DNA of 64,000 nucleotides from contig NC_083239.1 of assembly GCF_032191835.1 (NCBI RefSeq), positions 56,606,001-56,670,000 on the forward strand. Direction: 5' to 3'. Under the pieces are notes generated by a model. That model had not been told where the DNA came from and ran no database searches. It saw only the letters and a program-made list of their open reading frames with translations. The position numbers were made by a program, and so were the translations under genes. Shown piece after piece: positions 46,709-60,100 of the stretch. Each line of letters starts with the position of its first letter. Positions within the stretch are counted from its first letter, which is position 1. Source of the stretch: Heteronotia binoei. Its lineage: Eukaryota.

Positions 46709-47184
46709 GTTAGAACCAAAGATGCAATCCCCAGTCCCCAATCCCTCCCCTCTTCCTAAAAGGTGCCCGCTTCTCAAAGCCCTGCCAAACAGGCCATGCA
46801 ACACCTCCTGAAGGTCTCCAAGGAGATGCCATGGAGTGGAAGCCCTGGTGGGGGGGGACAGACCCCCCGCCCTCCATAGTGGGGTAGCACTACTGACCCA
46901 GTCTCGTGAGTGCCTGCAGGAGTCTGCCACCTTCCCTTCCAGAAAATGTTTGGAATATCAACTTCAGAATTTGCTAAATGATCCAGCCTCTTCCTGCGAA
47001 GCATCCAATTCCCTGAACCCTCCATCTGTGATGGAAATCCCACCTTCCCACCACACTGCCTGCCTGGGCTCAAACCAGCCCGCCCAGCACTGCTGTTCCA
47101 TGAAGGGAACCTGGACTCTCGAAAGAAAGCTGACGCCAGAAAAAAAATTGTTGGTCTGGAACTGAACTGTTTCTGGACCCCACT

Positions 47185-47187
<3 letters not shown>

Positions 47188-47270
<83 letters not shown>
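47188..47270 (+). repeat. (AAT)n microsatellite at the tail of a decayed LINE-like fragment (47270-47900)
   Basis: About 27 AAT units followed by TTATTTGTATCCCGCCCTCCCC. Confidence 0.9.
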
Positions 47271-48004
47271 TTATTTGTATCCCGCCCTCCCCGCCTCGGC
47301 AGGCTCAGGGCGTCTAACAGCATTTCATAAACATACAATGATAAATATAAAACTTTAAATTTAACAAATATAAAACTTTAGGTTTAACATCATTTAAAAA
47401 CCAGTCAATATAATTAAAATTTTATAACTTAATCTGACAGTGACGATGGCATTTTTGACGCTAGTTTCTGTCAGCTTGCACAATTTACATAATGACATAA
47501 GTCCTTAGACAGGACCGTGTTGGCGGATCCTTGATTAACAACCTTATTCAGCAGTCCGTATATGCCAGCTTGAAGAGGGTGGTCTTGCAGGCCCTGCGGA
47601 ACTGGTCAAGGTCTAATGGCACAACCCCGGCCTTGTTGCAGCTGCCAAGGTGGAGCGCACAAGTTCTCTTTCAGCCACATCTGCCCTTGGCCTTTTTGGG
47701 GGGAGCAGCAACTGAACACCCGTCTTCACTTGGAGAGACCGGCTGAGTGGGCCGGGCTGCTGCCTCAGCAGGACAAGCCCCACAAGGAGAGCAGCAGAAC
47801 GGCCCCCTTTGGCATGGACCCCTCACAGCTAAAACCTCCCATGTGAGCTCCAAGCCTTCCCTCTTGGGACTGAGCCAGTCTTGACTTACAATCCCCCCCC
47901 ACCCTGAAACGAGTGCTTTCCTGCAATAGATGCCATCTGATGCCATTGTATTGGCATGGACTGTCCAGTTTGGCAAGAAAAGAAATGGACAAAATTGGAC
48001 ATTG

Positions 48005-48330
48005 AACCTATGAAGCTGCCTTCTACTCAATCAGACCCCCTTCGGTCCATCCAAGTCAGTCTTGTGTGCTCAGACTGGCAGCAGCTCTCCAGGGTCTCAA
48101 GTGGAGGTTTTTCACACCTACTTGCCTGGACCCTTTTGAGTTGGAGATGCTGGGGATTGAACCTGGAACCTTCTGCTTACCAAGCAGATGCTCTACCACT
48201 GAGCCACAGCCCCATTCATGGCTCTCCAGCTGAGGTTTTTCACGCCTACTCGCCTGGACCCTTTTGAGTTGGAGATGCCGGGGATTGAACCTGGGACCTT
48301 CTGCTTACCAAGCAGATGCTCTACCATGGA
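48005..48330 (-). mobile_element. Head-to-tail pair of Squam3-like SINEs
   Basis: Two reverse-strand heads (GGGATTGAACCTGG...CTTACCAAGCAGATGCTCTACC). Confidence 0.75.
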
Positions 48331-48949
48331 GCAACTGTCCCTCCCCATTGTGAAGGAACTGACTCACGAGCCCTCCATGTTCCGTTGGAGGCCAAAACTC
48401 TCCACAGCTCTCCCAAGTCTCCACTCATCTAGGGCACCCCCTTTCCTTGCTCCCGGGGTGGTGGTGCCCAAAACAAACTGTGGGACTCCCACAGACAGCA
48501 GCAACACCAGCTAAGCGGAGCAGCACTTCATACCTGTGGGGCGGCTTAGAGATCCCACCTTGTCACAGCACTACTGTGGGGAAATCCCTCACAGCTCCAA
48601 TGTTGAGGCCCCCCCATATTAACTGCACTTCAGAGAGTAAGAACAGGCAGGGTTTCCAGAGATCAGGCTCACAGCATTCAAAATATAACAAAGTTTAATA
48701 AATTATTAATAAAAACAATACACCTTATTTAGGCTGAGCAAGGATCCAAAGGGAAAGTGAGGTCAGCCCACCCCTTCTCCTTCTCCTGACGGAGTCCACG
48801 TAGGACAGGGGAGTCTTTCTTGAAGCTGAAGCAGTTCCAAGTTCCACAGGCCCTCAGTTTGCATGGTTGGGACCTCTCCTCACCACATAGCCTGAGCTCA
48901 GCCTTCCAGCAGGGGGGGTGTGTGTGTGTGAGGGGTGGGAAAAGTGTCA

Positions 48950-49445
48950 TCAGTTTGGTGTAGTGGAGCCAGTTTGGTGTAGTGGTGAAGTGTGCGGACT
49001 CTTATCTCGGAGAACTGGGCTTGATTCCCCACTCTTCCACTTGCAGCTGCTGCAATGGCCTTGGGTCAGTCATAGCTCTCGCAGAGTTGTCCTTGAAAGG
49101 GCAGCTGCTGTAAGAGCCCTCTCAGCCCCACCCACATCACAGGGTGTCTGTTGTGGGGGAGGAAGGGAAAGGAGATTGTGAGCCGCTTTGAGACTTTTCG
49201 GGGTGGAAGGTGGGATATAAATCCAATATCTTCATCTACCTCACCGGGTGTCTGTTGTGGGGGAGGAAGGGAAAGGAGATTATGAGCCGCTCTGAGACTC
49301 TTCGGAGTGGAGGGCGGGATATAAATCTAATATCTTCATCTACCTCACAGGGTGTCTGTTGTGGGGGAGGAAGGGAAAGGAGATTGTGAGCCGCTCTGAG
49401 ACTCTTCGGAGTGGAGGGCGGGATATAAATCCAATTTCTTCTTCT
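48950..49445 (+). mobile_element. Squam2/CORE-like SINE with a triplicated 3' segment
   Basis: tRNA-like head, then three copies of CTCAC(A/C)GGGTGTCTGTTGTGGGGGAGGAAGGGAAAGGAGATT(G/A)TGAGCCGCT...GGGATATAAATC. Confidence 0.75.
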
Positions 49446-49599
49446 TCATTCACCTAAGCAAGAGGGGGAGGGCTTTTTCCTGCCAGCACCTGGGCTTCTG
49501 AGCATGCCCAGAGCATGGTCATGAGGACTGAAACACCTGAGTGGATTCCTGGATTCTCCACAGCCATCAAGAATGGAAAGCAGGGAGGGAGCGTTGGAG

Positions 49600-49815
49600 A
49601 AGGATTCCTCATATGGACATATGAAGCTGCCTTCTACTGAATCAGACCCTGGGTCCATCAAAGTCAGTCTTTTCTACTCAGACAGGCAGCAGCTCTCCAG
49701 GGTCTCAAGCTGAGGTTTTTCACGCCTCTTTGCCTGGACCCTTTTGAGTTGGAGATGCCGGGGATTGAACCTGGGACCTTCTGCTTACCAAGCAGATGCT
49801 CTACCACTGAGCCAC
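49600..49815 (-). mobile_element. Squam3-like SINE
   Basis: Reverse complement of the full head and body. Confidence 0.75.
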
Positions 49816-51864
49816 CGTCTCTCCCCAACCTCCTCCTCGCAGCTGTGTGGGCCCTTCCCCCTGGAGTTTCAAGACTGGCTGAATCTCTGGCCCCTCCTGC
49901 CGGGCTGAGGTCTGGACAGAAATCCCTCTTGCCAGCTGCCAGCCAGGCAGGAACACTTGAGGATACGGAGGCTGGCTCACTCATGACAGAACGCCGATTG
50001 AAAACTTCGGAAAGTTCCTCTGCTCCCAACAAGGAAACACTCCCCCCCCCATCCCATGCAGGGCTTTACAGCCTCTCAGATGACCCCCCACACCGTCCCC
50101 ATGAATATGGCAACATGTCAAAGTTCAAGACACACTAGCCGAGAGGTGCATGCAGGAAGGCAGACGGACCAAAGCTGCACTAGTCAAACAGGGACAGGTG
50201 GCATGCATGCCTTGTTGTTTGGGCACACCACAGAAAACGGGTGCAGCGCCAGGACAGCAGGGCAGACTCCCCTTTATCTCATGCCAGCTTCCTAACCCAC
50301 AGTCCTGGTGCCCCGGCCGCCCCAAGAAGCCCTCCTTCCCAGTGCCAGCCCTCCATAAAAAGGGATGCTCTTTTATGCCCGTAGCCCTGCGGCTCAGACG
50401 TCAGTTTCAGCTCCCTCTTTCTTGCGAACGCCCTTTTTGGAAGCTCTGTCAGCCCCCAGCGGCCAGGGCAGGCCCAGCCAAGTCAGCGGCTTCATTGTGA
50501 GCACAGGTTGTGCAGAGGAGGAATGAACCTGTGACCCACCAGAGGGGCAGAACTGTGGGGCAGGCGGGTGTTTGCATCTCCCTCCCAAAGGGCTTGCTGG
50601 ACCCCCACATGCCCTCCTGGGGCAAGCAGGGCCTCTAGAAGACTTCACGGCCTGCCCTTTGGCATGGATACATCGTGGACCCCAGGACTAGCCTGGCTCC
50701 TTCTAATTATTGCTCCGAGGCCGAGGAGGGCTCTTCCCCTCTACGCTGGCCACCCTTGCTGGGCCCCCCTCAACCCCCTGGGACTTTTGCCTCCCCCGCC
50801 CCCCTCCACACGGAGAGAAGAGCCGGCCGGCCGGCCGTGGCAAGCGCAGGCAGCCTCTCATCCCACGCGGGTGGCAAGGGCCTCCCAGCCAGGAATCCGG
50901 ACCAGCCGGGCAGGATGCCCGGGGCCCGAGTCATCCCAAGGGAGGCGCTGCCACTTCCTCCTGCAGCTTCCTGCCCAGATGAAAACGACAAGGCAGGTGC
51001 CCAGGGGGAGGGGGCAGGGCGGAAGAGTCCAGTGGCAGGGAGTTCTTGAGGTGAAAAGCACACCCAAAGCGCAAATCCACTCCCTGAAGCACCACCAGGC
51101 CTTAACTGAGACCACTTTTAGGGCACACATTGGAAGCAAGGAGTCTGTCGCCCGTGGGAGGTCGCCCCAGAGGCACAGCATGCTGCGATAGAACATCAGC
51201 GTTGGAAGGGACCTCCAGGGGCATTTAGTCCACCCCCCGGGTCACGATGCAGGAAATTCACAAATACCTCCCCCGCAACTGTCTGTCTGTTTTTATGATA
51301 TTATTTTAACTCTGTTGTTTCATTGTTGTAAGCTGCCCTGAACCCGCTTGCGGGATATGTCTAGAAATAACTAAATTAAACCCAGAGCTCCCTGATTCCA
51401 ATGCCCAGAAGATGGCAAAAACCCTCCAGGAGCCCTGGCCAAACTGGCCTGGAGTAAAAAGGCTGCCTGACCGCAAGAGGGAGGACTGCAGGAGTCTTTG
51501 CACACCCCTGGCAGCGTCAGAGGCTCCTCCCCAGGGATCAGGCCGGGCCAGGCAGAACACTGAACCCCACCCCCCCGGCAGCCAAATGGCAAAAGCTTGA
51601 AGAGAAGGTGGGCAGCTAGGATGGCAGGATGGCACGTGCAGGAGATGCTGGTCAGAAGGGTCAGCCCACCCCTGTGCTACTCCCGCCTCCTGCCTCTGCC
51701 CGCAGCCCACTCGTCTGCCACCTGCAAAGAGGCCTGAGCACCGTGCGCCAGTCCCCCTGCTCTGCTCCTGGAGGCACAGACCCCTCCCGCCCCCCCCTCC
51801 CAGATAAGAGGCCCTTGCAAGTCCAGAGGCCAGCAAAGACAGAGGCCCCATCCGGCCAGAGTCC

Positions 51865-52455
51865 TCACGACTCCTCGGCTCCCAAGAGGAGGTAGTCCAA
51901 GTCCGGCAGGTCCTGCCTGCCCCCCTCGGTGCCAGAGCAGGCCTCCTTGCTGGGGGGGCCCCAGTCGTACATGGAGGTGTCAATGTCCTCAAAGACGCCC
52001 TCCAGGCCCTCCTGCAGCAGGGCCACCCCGGGGCCCAGGAGATCCAGTGGGGCCGGCCGGGTGGGCTCCGGGCTCAGCAGGAGGTCTTCGGGCTGGGCCG
52101 TGGGCGGGCACAGGGGGTCGCTGAAGCTGCCCGTGCTGGCCAGGTCCTCCAGAATGGAGGAGAAGGTGGAAGGGTCCATGCCCGAGAGCAGCAGCTGGTC
52201 CACGGGGGCGAGGAGAGGCGGCAGGGCAGGTCTCGGGGAGCTGCTCACCGGGGGCTGCTGGGGCTCCATCTCCTCCTGGATGCGTCGGAGGGTGTTGGCC
52301 ACCAGGACCAGGTGGCGGAGGTCGGGCTCCCCCCGCTGCAGGCTCCGGTGCAGCTTGGAGAGGGAGATGCTGAAGAGGGCGCTGGAGGGCAGGGCCGAGG
52401 CAGCCTCCTCCTCCTCCTCCTCGCTCCGCTTGCGCTTCTGCCCTTTGCCCAGCAT
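51865..52455 (-). CDS. SERTAD1: SERTA domain-containing protein 1 (TRIP-Br1)-like, 196 aa, single coding exon
   Basis: MLGKGQKRKRSEEEEE start, SERTA core SKLHRSLQRGEPDLRHLVLVANTLRRIQ, GLEGVFEDIDTSMYD and LDYLL acidic C-terminus. Acceptor 4 nt before the ATG (52459); non-coding exon donor ACG|GTGAGC at 52834. Confidence 0.9.
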   Translation of the reverse strand: MLGKGQKRKRSEEEEEEAASALPSSALFSISLSKLHRSLQRGEPDLRHLVLVANTLRRIQEEMEPQQPPVSSSPRPALPPLLAPVDQLLLSGMDPSTFSSILEDLASTGSFSDPLCPPTAQPEDLLLSPEPTRPAPLDLLGPGVALLQEGLEGVFEDIDTSMYDWGPPSKEACSGTEGGRQDLPDLDYLLLGAEES

Positions 52456-52649
52456 CCTCCTGCAGGGAGGGAGGGAGGGAGGGAGAGGAGGGTCAGACGG
52501 CTCTGCTCCCATTGCATCAGGCAGCCGCAGAACAGAGGCAGCGTCTCCACGCAGAGGGGCACCCCAGATCGCCTTCCTCCCCGCCATTGCAAAGCCATGC
52601 CGGGGCACAACCCCCCTCCCTCCCCTCCGAGAGCGGGCCAGGAAGGAGG

Positions 52650-53100
52650 AGGAGCGGGGCGCCCAGGCCGCGTGACGGAGGAAGCGGAGGGTGACTCATC
52701 CCGCAAGCAGCGGCAGCCGCAGGGCCCGTCGTGGCCATGGCCGAGCCTCCCCCTCCCCTCCCGCCGGGGTCCCCGGGGCGGCCAGGAGCTTCTCCCGCCC
52801 TCCTCCCGCCGGGACCCCCTCCGGGCTGCTCACCGTCGGGGCCAATCAGCGGGGCTGGGCGGGGGCGGCGCTGGGCCAATCAGCGGGCGGCATCGCTCTT
52901 CCCCTCTCGGGCCTCTCGCGGACTCTGCCGCTCTCGGCCGCCGGAGCGCGGCTACATTCGGCGGGCGTGGGCGGAGGCAGCCAATCACGAGGCCCGCCCG
53001 GGCAGCTCATCTGCATAGGAGGGAGGCCGCGCCCTGCTCGGCAGCGATTGGCTGAGGCGCGCCGGCCGCCCGGGAATGCGCGGAGGGGCTCTCTGCCCAC
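52650..53100 (-). promoter_or_regulatory. SERTAD1 CpG island and promoter with several CCAAT boxes
   Basis: CCAAT/ATTGG at about 52842, 52867, 52981 and 53047, with GC boxes. Confidence 0.6.
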
Positions 53101-54142
53101 GCCCAGAGGCGCTCTTGCTCTGCCCTGGCGGAGGCTGCTGCTACTCTTCCCTCCCCCCGGAAGAGAAGCGCCCCCGGCCCTGGAGGAGGGAGGGTGATGG
53201 ATGGCTGGGCTGGGTGGGGAGGGAGGGAGGTGAGAGCTGCCCGGCGGAGGACCTTCTGAGAAGGGGGGGGGGGCAGGGCTGGCTTCTTTCCTCGCTGGGT
53301 TGAGACCCGGGTCTCCTGGGGGGGGGGCGGGCAGCCTGGTGACCCTCAAGCCATGCCCCTCTTTGCCCCGTTCTGTTAACCACAGGGACAGGAACTGGCT
53401 CCATGTCAGCACCAAGGCCCTGCTGCGTGCGCACCCCCCCCCCCCCCCGCCTGGACACAACACTCAACAGCATCTCTCAGCAGGACTATTGGCTACCTGC
53501 TGACCTGCGACATCTTCACACTGGGCAAAAACTAGTCTGGAACGAAGCCCCGCCCCGCCCCACCCCACGTGTTGCCAGGGAAGCAGACTGCCAGTGTGAG
53601 AGGAATCACCCTGGCAGGACTGAAGCCCCTTTGGAGGGGGGGGGGAGGAATCCCCAGGACCCCAGAGCCACCGGTTCTGCAAAGCGCTTGGTGGTTCCAT
53701 GGGGGCTGGCATGTTTTGCAAGCCTGAAATGAAGCTGTGGGGCTGGGGGTCACCACCCAGATCCCCACTTCCCCTGGCTTGGGCGAAGGTTAAGGTGAAG
53801 AAGTGGACACAGCAATGCTTGAGCCACAGAAATCAGGCTTTCTTTAATACTCCCACTGCCTGGTACACAACCACGTATGCAAGCCTGGGGTGGGGCAGGA
53901 CAGGGGCACAGAGGGATGGTGGCAGCCACCCTGGGCAACATGGGGCCAGATGGTAGCCACAGCTCCAGGGAGGTTTTGCAGCGCCTAGAGGCTCCAAACT
54001 GGAAAGGCCATGGACGGAGTGGGGGGTGGGCAGGCCAGAGCAGAACTGAAGAGTTTCCCTTCGCTAAGGGCCTGGTCTCCAGTCTCCAGATTAGAGGGAG
54101 GTGGAAGGAATGGGGGGTGGAAAGGTAAGGGGGGTTCTGGAA

Positions 54143-57100
54143 CTACTCCTTGGGGTAATGCCTCGACAGGTAGACGTTTTTCCCATCATACTCCGCGGTG
54201 GTCAAGCACTTGAGGAAGAAGTGCCCCAGGTCGTGCTTGGAGATGACTCTGGAGCCCCCCGATGAGTCCACGGTCACCGTGTAGTCCCCTGTGAGTGGCT
54301 GGTCCCCTGGAAGAGGAGAGAAGTCAGGTTGGACCCAGGGAGACCACCTCGACCCTCCATTAATGCCCTCCAGGCGCTATGTTTGTCTGCTGGGGGGGGA
54401 GGTCAGCTGCCAAAATCCATCTTATTGCTGCTTTTGGTATTGCCCTTTTACTCTGTTTTATCTTCTAGGTATCCTGTGCATGGTCTTGGACTCAGGGACC
54501 TCTCAGCTCCTTTCCAACTCCATGGGCGCTTTCACACAGCTGAAATAACACACTTTCAATGCGCTTTGTGACTGGATTTTACAATGTGAAATGGAAAAAT
54601 CCACTTGCAACCAGACTCTGAAGTAGATGGAAACTGCATTATTTAGCACATGTGAAAGTGCCTTCTGTGTTTGGCAAGGAAATGCAGAGAGAGAACTCTG
54701 TGGAGGGTCAAAGTCTAAAAGGCAAATGTCTTTGGCCCCTTTCCTTCAACCGTAAAGCAGTCTTGGAACAGGACCAAAATGGACCGCTGTGTCAGTCTGT
54801 CTGCAGCAGGAGAGAAGAGCCAGAGCCCAGCAGGACCTTTAAGAGCAACAACATTTGTGGCCTCAGGGGAGGCAAGTGACTCACTGGACCCTGGATCTGG
54901 ACTCACAAAAGCTCACCCCTGCGGCCACAGATGTCCTTAGTCTTCTGGGCTCTGGCTCTTTTCTACTGGCAGAAACAAAAAAAATGAAAAATGGCCCCGT
55001 GAGTCACCAAGGTACAGTAAGCAGAAAAGACATCTCACTGGGAACAAAATAAGTACAAACCAGTTTGGTGTGAGAGCCAGTTTGATGTAGTGGTTAAGTG
55101 TGCAGACTCTTATCTGGGAGACCTGGGTTTGATTCCCCAGTCCTCCACTTGCAGCTGCTGGAATAGCCTTGGGTCAGCCATAGCTCTCGCAGGAGTTGTC
55201 CTTGAAAGGGCAGCTGCTGTGAGAGCCCTCTCAGCCCCACCCACCTCACAGGATGTCTGTTGTGGGGGGAGAAGATATAGGAGATTGTAAGCCGCTTTGA
55301 GTCTCTGATTCAAAGAGAAGGGTGGGGTATAAATCTGCAATTCTTCTTCTAAACATGTGGTATCCTTAAAGGTACAGGATAACCAGTTACAAAGATATTG
55401 AAGCCACAGAAAACATATATCTCTAACAGAGCACTCTTCTGAACCTATACATAGAGGCAGTGAAGTCTTCCAAAAGGGGTTCTCAGGTGTACAAAAATAT
55501 AGAAAAGTCCATTCACTTCACCAGTCCCCAGCAGACTGAAAAGTGCTTGTGAGATATTCTCCAAGATCTCTGCTGCCCAACAGCTGTTTCGACAAATGGA
55601 AGTCTTAATCAAGGGCCAGGAATAATTCTCTTAATGAAATTGATCCTGGAACATCTTTGTCTCTTTCTTTTTTCTTCAATCCATCCCAAAAACTTCTTGT
55701 TCCTAGCAAATAATGTATGTCTCTGCTGTTCTCCTTTTCTACTGGAACACTCGTGCTCCTGAGAACACGCAAAGGTCTCCAACATCTGAGACTACTGAAT
55801 GGAGCCTCCAGCCATCTGTTAAAAATTCACCCTCCTCCTGCTCAAAGAGAATGTTCATCTAGGCATTTTGGCATGGGACACAAAAATCCAAACTGAGCAG
55901 GGCCAAGTGTGAGCTAGATTTGCCCTTGATTTACCACTCGACGGGAATGCAGGCCAGAAATGGAAGTTCACCGTCACCATGATTGGGAAAGCAGTACCAG
56001 CATTGTGGAGACTGAAACAAATCAGTATATGCCAAGGATTGTAAGCACTTGCATGCAGTGAATTAATGCAGTCTCATGTAGTTTCATAACCTATGGAAGC
56101 TGGGTTGCCAGCCTCCAGGTGATACCTGGAGATCTCTCACTATTGCACTTCCTCTCCAGATGACCAAGACCCTGGAGAAAATGGCTGCCTTAAAGGGGGG
56201 GGGGCTCTGGTGGGGTCCTTCCCCTCCCAGGCTCTATCCCTGAAATCTCCAACCCAGAGCTGGCAGCCCTAAGGCTGGAGTGCAGGGCCAGCAGGCCACG
56301 ACTCTGAACCAGAGAGTGCTGGAGAAAGCGCAGAATTGTTCTTTAATTACAAACACTTCTAATTTTAGCCCAACAGTCTTGCTTTCCGAGTTTTAATGAG
56401 GAATATCATAAAGATGTACAGGGGTGTCAAACATGCGGCCCGGGGGCCAGCTTAGGCCAGAGGGCTCCTATCAGGCCTGCAAACCACGCACCGTTGTCTG
56501 CTTCTTTCCCCCCCTCTTGCTTCTTTCTACATCACAGCTCACTTTGCCAGGCTTGCTCAATCAAGCTACAGAGCAAAGCCTTTACTTTCTCCACTGGCTG
56601 ACCAGCACATGAAGCAACTTATATACAAAAGCTCGCAATGTCCAGCCATTTCAGGTTTTCCTGAGTCATAGGCAGTGACCATGAGATTTCTGCAATGAAT
56701 GTCAGTAAGTCAAAAGTAGGTTTCCAGCTTACAGATGCACGTCTGAACAGCATATTCAAGATTGCTACAGCACAGACATCGTCTCCATATTGTGAGACAA
56801 TACTTCAGAGGAAGAGGTATCAGTTATCAGAGTGTTCAAAAACCAAAATATTGCAAGAGTGCTACTTTTTTAAGCAAATAGGTCTCATTTATGTCACATC
56901 TGGCCCTCATAACAAAGGAGTTCAACACCCCTGAGGTGTATCTAGTTCACCTAGAAGTATTCATTTGGATTTGTTCACTTTAGGTTCCAGTTATTTTATT
57001 GAGAGGAAAGGAAAGGAAAGGTCCCCTGTGCAAGCACCAGTCGTTTCCGACTCTGGGGTGATGCTGCTTTCACGTTTTCACAGCAGACTTGATGGGGTGG

Positions 57101-60100
57101 TTTGCCATTGCCTTCCCCAGTCCTCTACACCTTCCCCCCCCAGCAAGCTGGGGACTCATTTAACTGACCTCGGAAGGATGGAAGGCTGAGTCAACCTGGA
57201 GTCGGCTACCTGAACCAGCTTCCGCTGGAATTGAACGAAGGTTGTGAGCAGAGCTTAGGACTGCAGTACTGCAGCTTTACCACTCTGTGCCATGGGACAA
57301 GTTGGTAAATGAGGTTTGGATCCTGTTACTGTTTGGTGGATCAGTAACTGGCTGACAGAACACACCTAAAGAGTGCTTGGGAATGGTTCCTCATCCTCTT
57401 GGAGAGAAGTGACAAGTGGAGTGGCTCAAGGATCTGTCCTGGGGCTTCTTTTGTTCAATACCTTTATAAATGATTTGGACGAAGGAATAGAAAAGGAATA
57501 GAAATTTGCAGATGATACTAAATTGGGAGGGGTTGCAAATATGGCAGAAGACAGAGTCAGGATACGGGATAATCTTGACAAACTGGAAAAAAGGACTAGA
57601 ACAAATAAAACGAATTTTAACAGGGATAAATGTCAAGTTCTGCATTTAGGTAGAAAAAAAATCCAATGCATCGTTATAGGATGGGAGAGACTTGCCTTGG
57701 CAGTAGTATGTGTGAAAAGGATCTAGGGGTCTTAGTGGACCATACACCGAACATGAGTCAGCAGTGTGATGCGGTGGCTAAAGAAGGCGAATGCAATTTT
57801 TGGCTGTATCAACCGAAGTATACTTTCCAGATCATGTGAGGTGAGAGACAGCTCCAGCCTCTCCCAGCCATCTCAGGCAGTGCAGCCCCTCCCTCCCTCC
57901 CCCCCCCCCCCAAAGAGCCAGACCTGCAATGTGGGGGGGCATCACGTAGACGCAGTCCAGGCCCGACTCCTTCAGGATCTGCTGCATTCGTATGTGGTCC
58001 TCGGTCAGGGGCCGCAGCTTGGCAGGGACTTTCTCCAGATCCCACATCAGGAACGCTGGGTCAGAAGGGCATGGATTCTAGTGATTAGCTCTCCCCTCCC
58101 GGTGCCCCCTACTGTGGGGCAGGCCTTTCCCCACTGCCCCTGCTGGTGCTGTGACTTGGGGGATTCCCCCCTCCCTCCATTTGAGACACCTTGAGAAAAA
58201 CAAAAGCACGAGCACAGAGAAGCATGAGAGGCAGAGCAGGCCAGAGGAAAGAGCATCCGCTGGGCTGGGGCCTTAGAGGAAAAAGGAAAGGAAAGGTCCC
58301 CTGTGCAAGCACCAGTCGTTTCCGACTGTGTGGTGACGTTGCTTTCACAGCGTTTTCATGGCAGACTTTTTTCGGGGTGGTTTGCCCTTGCCTTCCCCAG
58401 TCATCTACGCTTTCCCCCCAGCAAGCTGGGGGACTCATTTGACCGACCTCGGAAGGGTGGAAGGCTGAGTCAACCTGGAGCTGGCTACCTGAACCAGCTT
58501 CCGCTGGGATCAAACTCAGGTCATGAGCAGAGACTGCACTACTGCAGCTTTAACACTGCGCCACGGGGCTCTTGGACCTTAGGGAGCTGAGTGCAAATCC
58601 TGCTTGAGAGCAGCTGCCCCATCGCCTGCAGAACAGGAGTCTCAGCAACATGTTTCTACCCTGATGAGGCTTCTTGGCCCGGCCTCCCCCCAGGCCTGAA
58701 GTGCTGCACAGGAAGGGGGCGTGGCCGGCAGGACTCTGGGCGGGGGCTCCTCACCTGAGAGACAAACGACCACCTTGCGGATCCCGTGGGACTTCATGGC
58801 TTCCACAATGTTGCGGGTGCCTTCGGACATCATGGTGGTGGGGCCTGAGGAGCAAGGGACGGCACAGTCAGCAAAGCCCAGGGGAGAGGGAGGGAGGGGG
58901 CCTGTGGGGGGGGGGATGCTGCCGCTCATACTCAGGTCGTTGCGGGTTCCCAGGATGATGATTACGGCGTCTTGGCCCTTCACAGCCTGGCCAACCTCTT
59001 CCGGGTTCAGCACATCTCCCACGATGACGTGAGCCGGCTGGAGCTCGGGGGAGAGGCGGGCGGGGTCCCGCACCAGCACCGTCACTTGGTAGCCTGGAAA
59101 GAGGGGCAGGCCGGTTAGTGGAGGGCGGCCTCAGAGGTCAGCAGGGCCAAGTCCTGGCGAGTAGATCATGTCACAGAGGGAGGCCACGGCAAACCACAAC
59201 TGTTGGTCTCTTGCCCTGACGTGAGGCCCAGGCTGGCCTGATCTCCTCAGATCTGGGAAGCCAAGCAGGGTCAGGACACGCCCAAGGAAGTCCAGGGTTG
59301 CTAGGCAGAGAAGTGGACAATGGCAACCCCCCCCCCCCCCCCCATGAACACCTCTGGCCTTGAAAGCCCTCCGGAGGCCTGATGGCAAAAGGCAAAAATG
59401 TGAGAAACTGGAGAAGGGGTTGAAGCAGAAGTGCCAAGCAAAGGCCGCAGGCTTCTCTATGGTGGTCTTGGGCTGGTGGGGGGAGGCGAGAGGGGCTTGG
59501 GGCTCCTTTCCGGAGCACCCTTCTGAAAAGAGCGGGGGGGGCTGCAGCCAATGACTTCACAACAAGGCTCCCCCGACACAGGAGGAGAAGTGCTGTTTTG
59601 AACACGGAACCACCAGTAACACAGGCCCAGACCTAAACCTGCCGGGAGAGTGGGGGGGAGTAGGGGGTGGTGGCTGCTCCCTTGGGGGGACCCCTGCGAT
59701 GAGGCCTTCTGCCAAGGGATACCGGGGCGTGTGTGTCCCGCTTGCTTTGTTTGTCAGTTATAACTGGCTTTGGCACTTCAGGTCCCAAGCAGAAAAGGAT
59801 CTTTCTCTGCCTTGGTTCACTGAGATCTACTTACCGGAGATGGGAGAAACTGAACCCGGGTCTTTGTGTGCGCAATGCAGGTGCTTTCCCACGGTGGCAG
59901 GCAGCACCTCTCTTTGGAGCTGTGGTGTTGCTTTCAGTTGGGCTTCTATTGTTTGGCTGCGGTTTTTAAAATCCTTGGAGGGTGTGGCCACAGTGCCAGA
60001 TTTCACCCTGCGGAGGCCCCTAGGCAGTCGAAATCTTGGGGGGGGGGCCTTACAAATTATCTCAGTCTGAGTGCCAGCCCCACTGCCCATAGTGGCTCCC

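Noticed and set aside
54240-54270. Possible frameshift in the BLVRB last exon at a G6 run
   Set aside because: Recounting shows the frame is intact ([14 protein letters not shown]).
55360-56090. AT-rich stretch with faint Penelope/GIY-YIG-like hints
   Set aside because: Motif matches need several frameshifts; too weak to call without a profile search.
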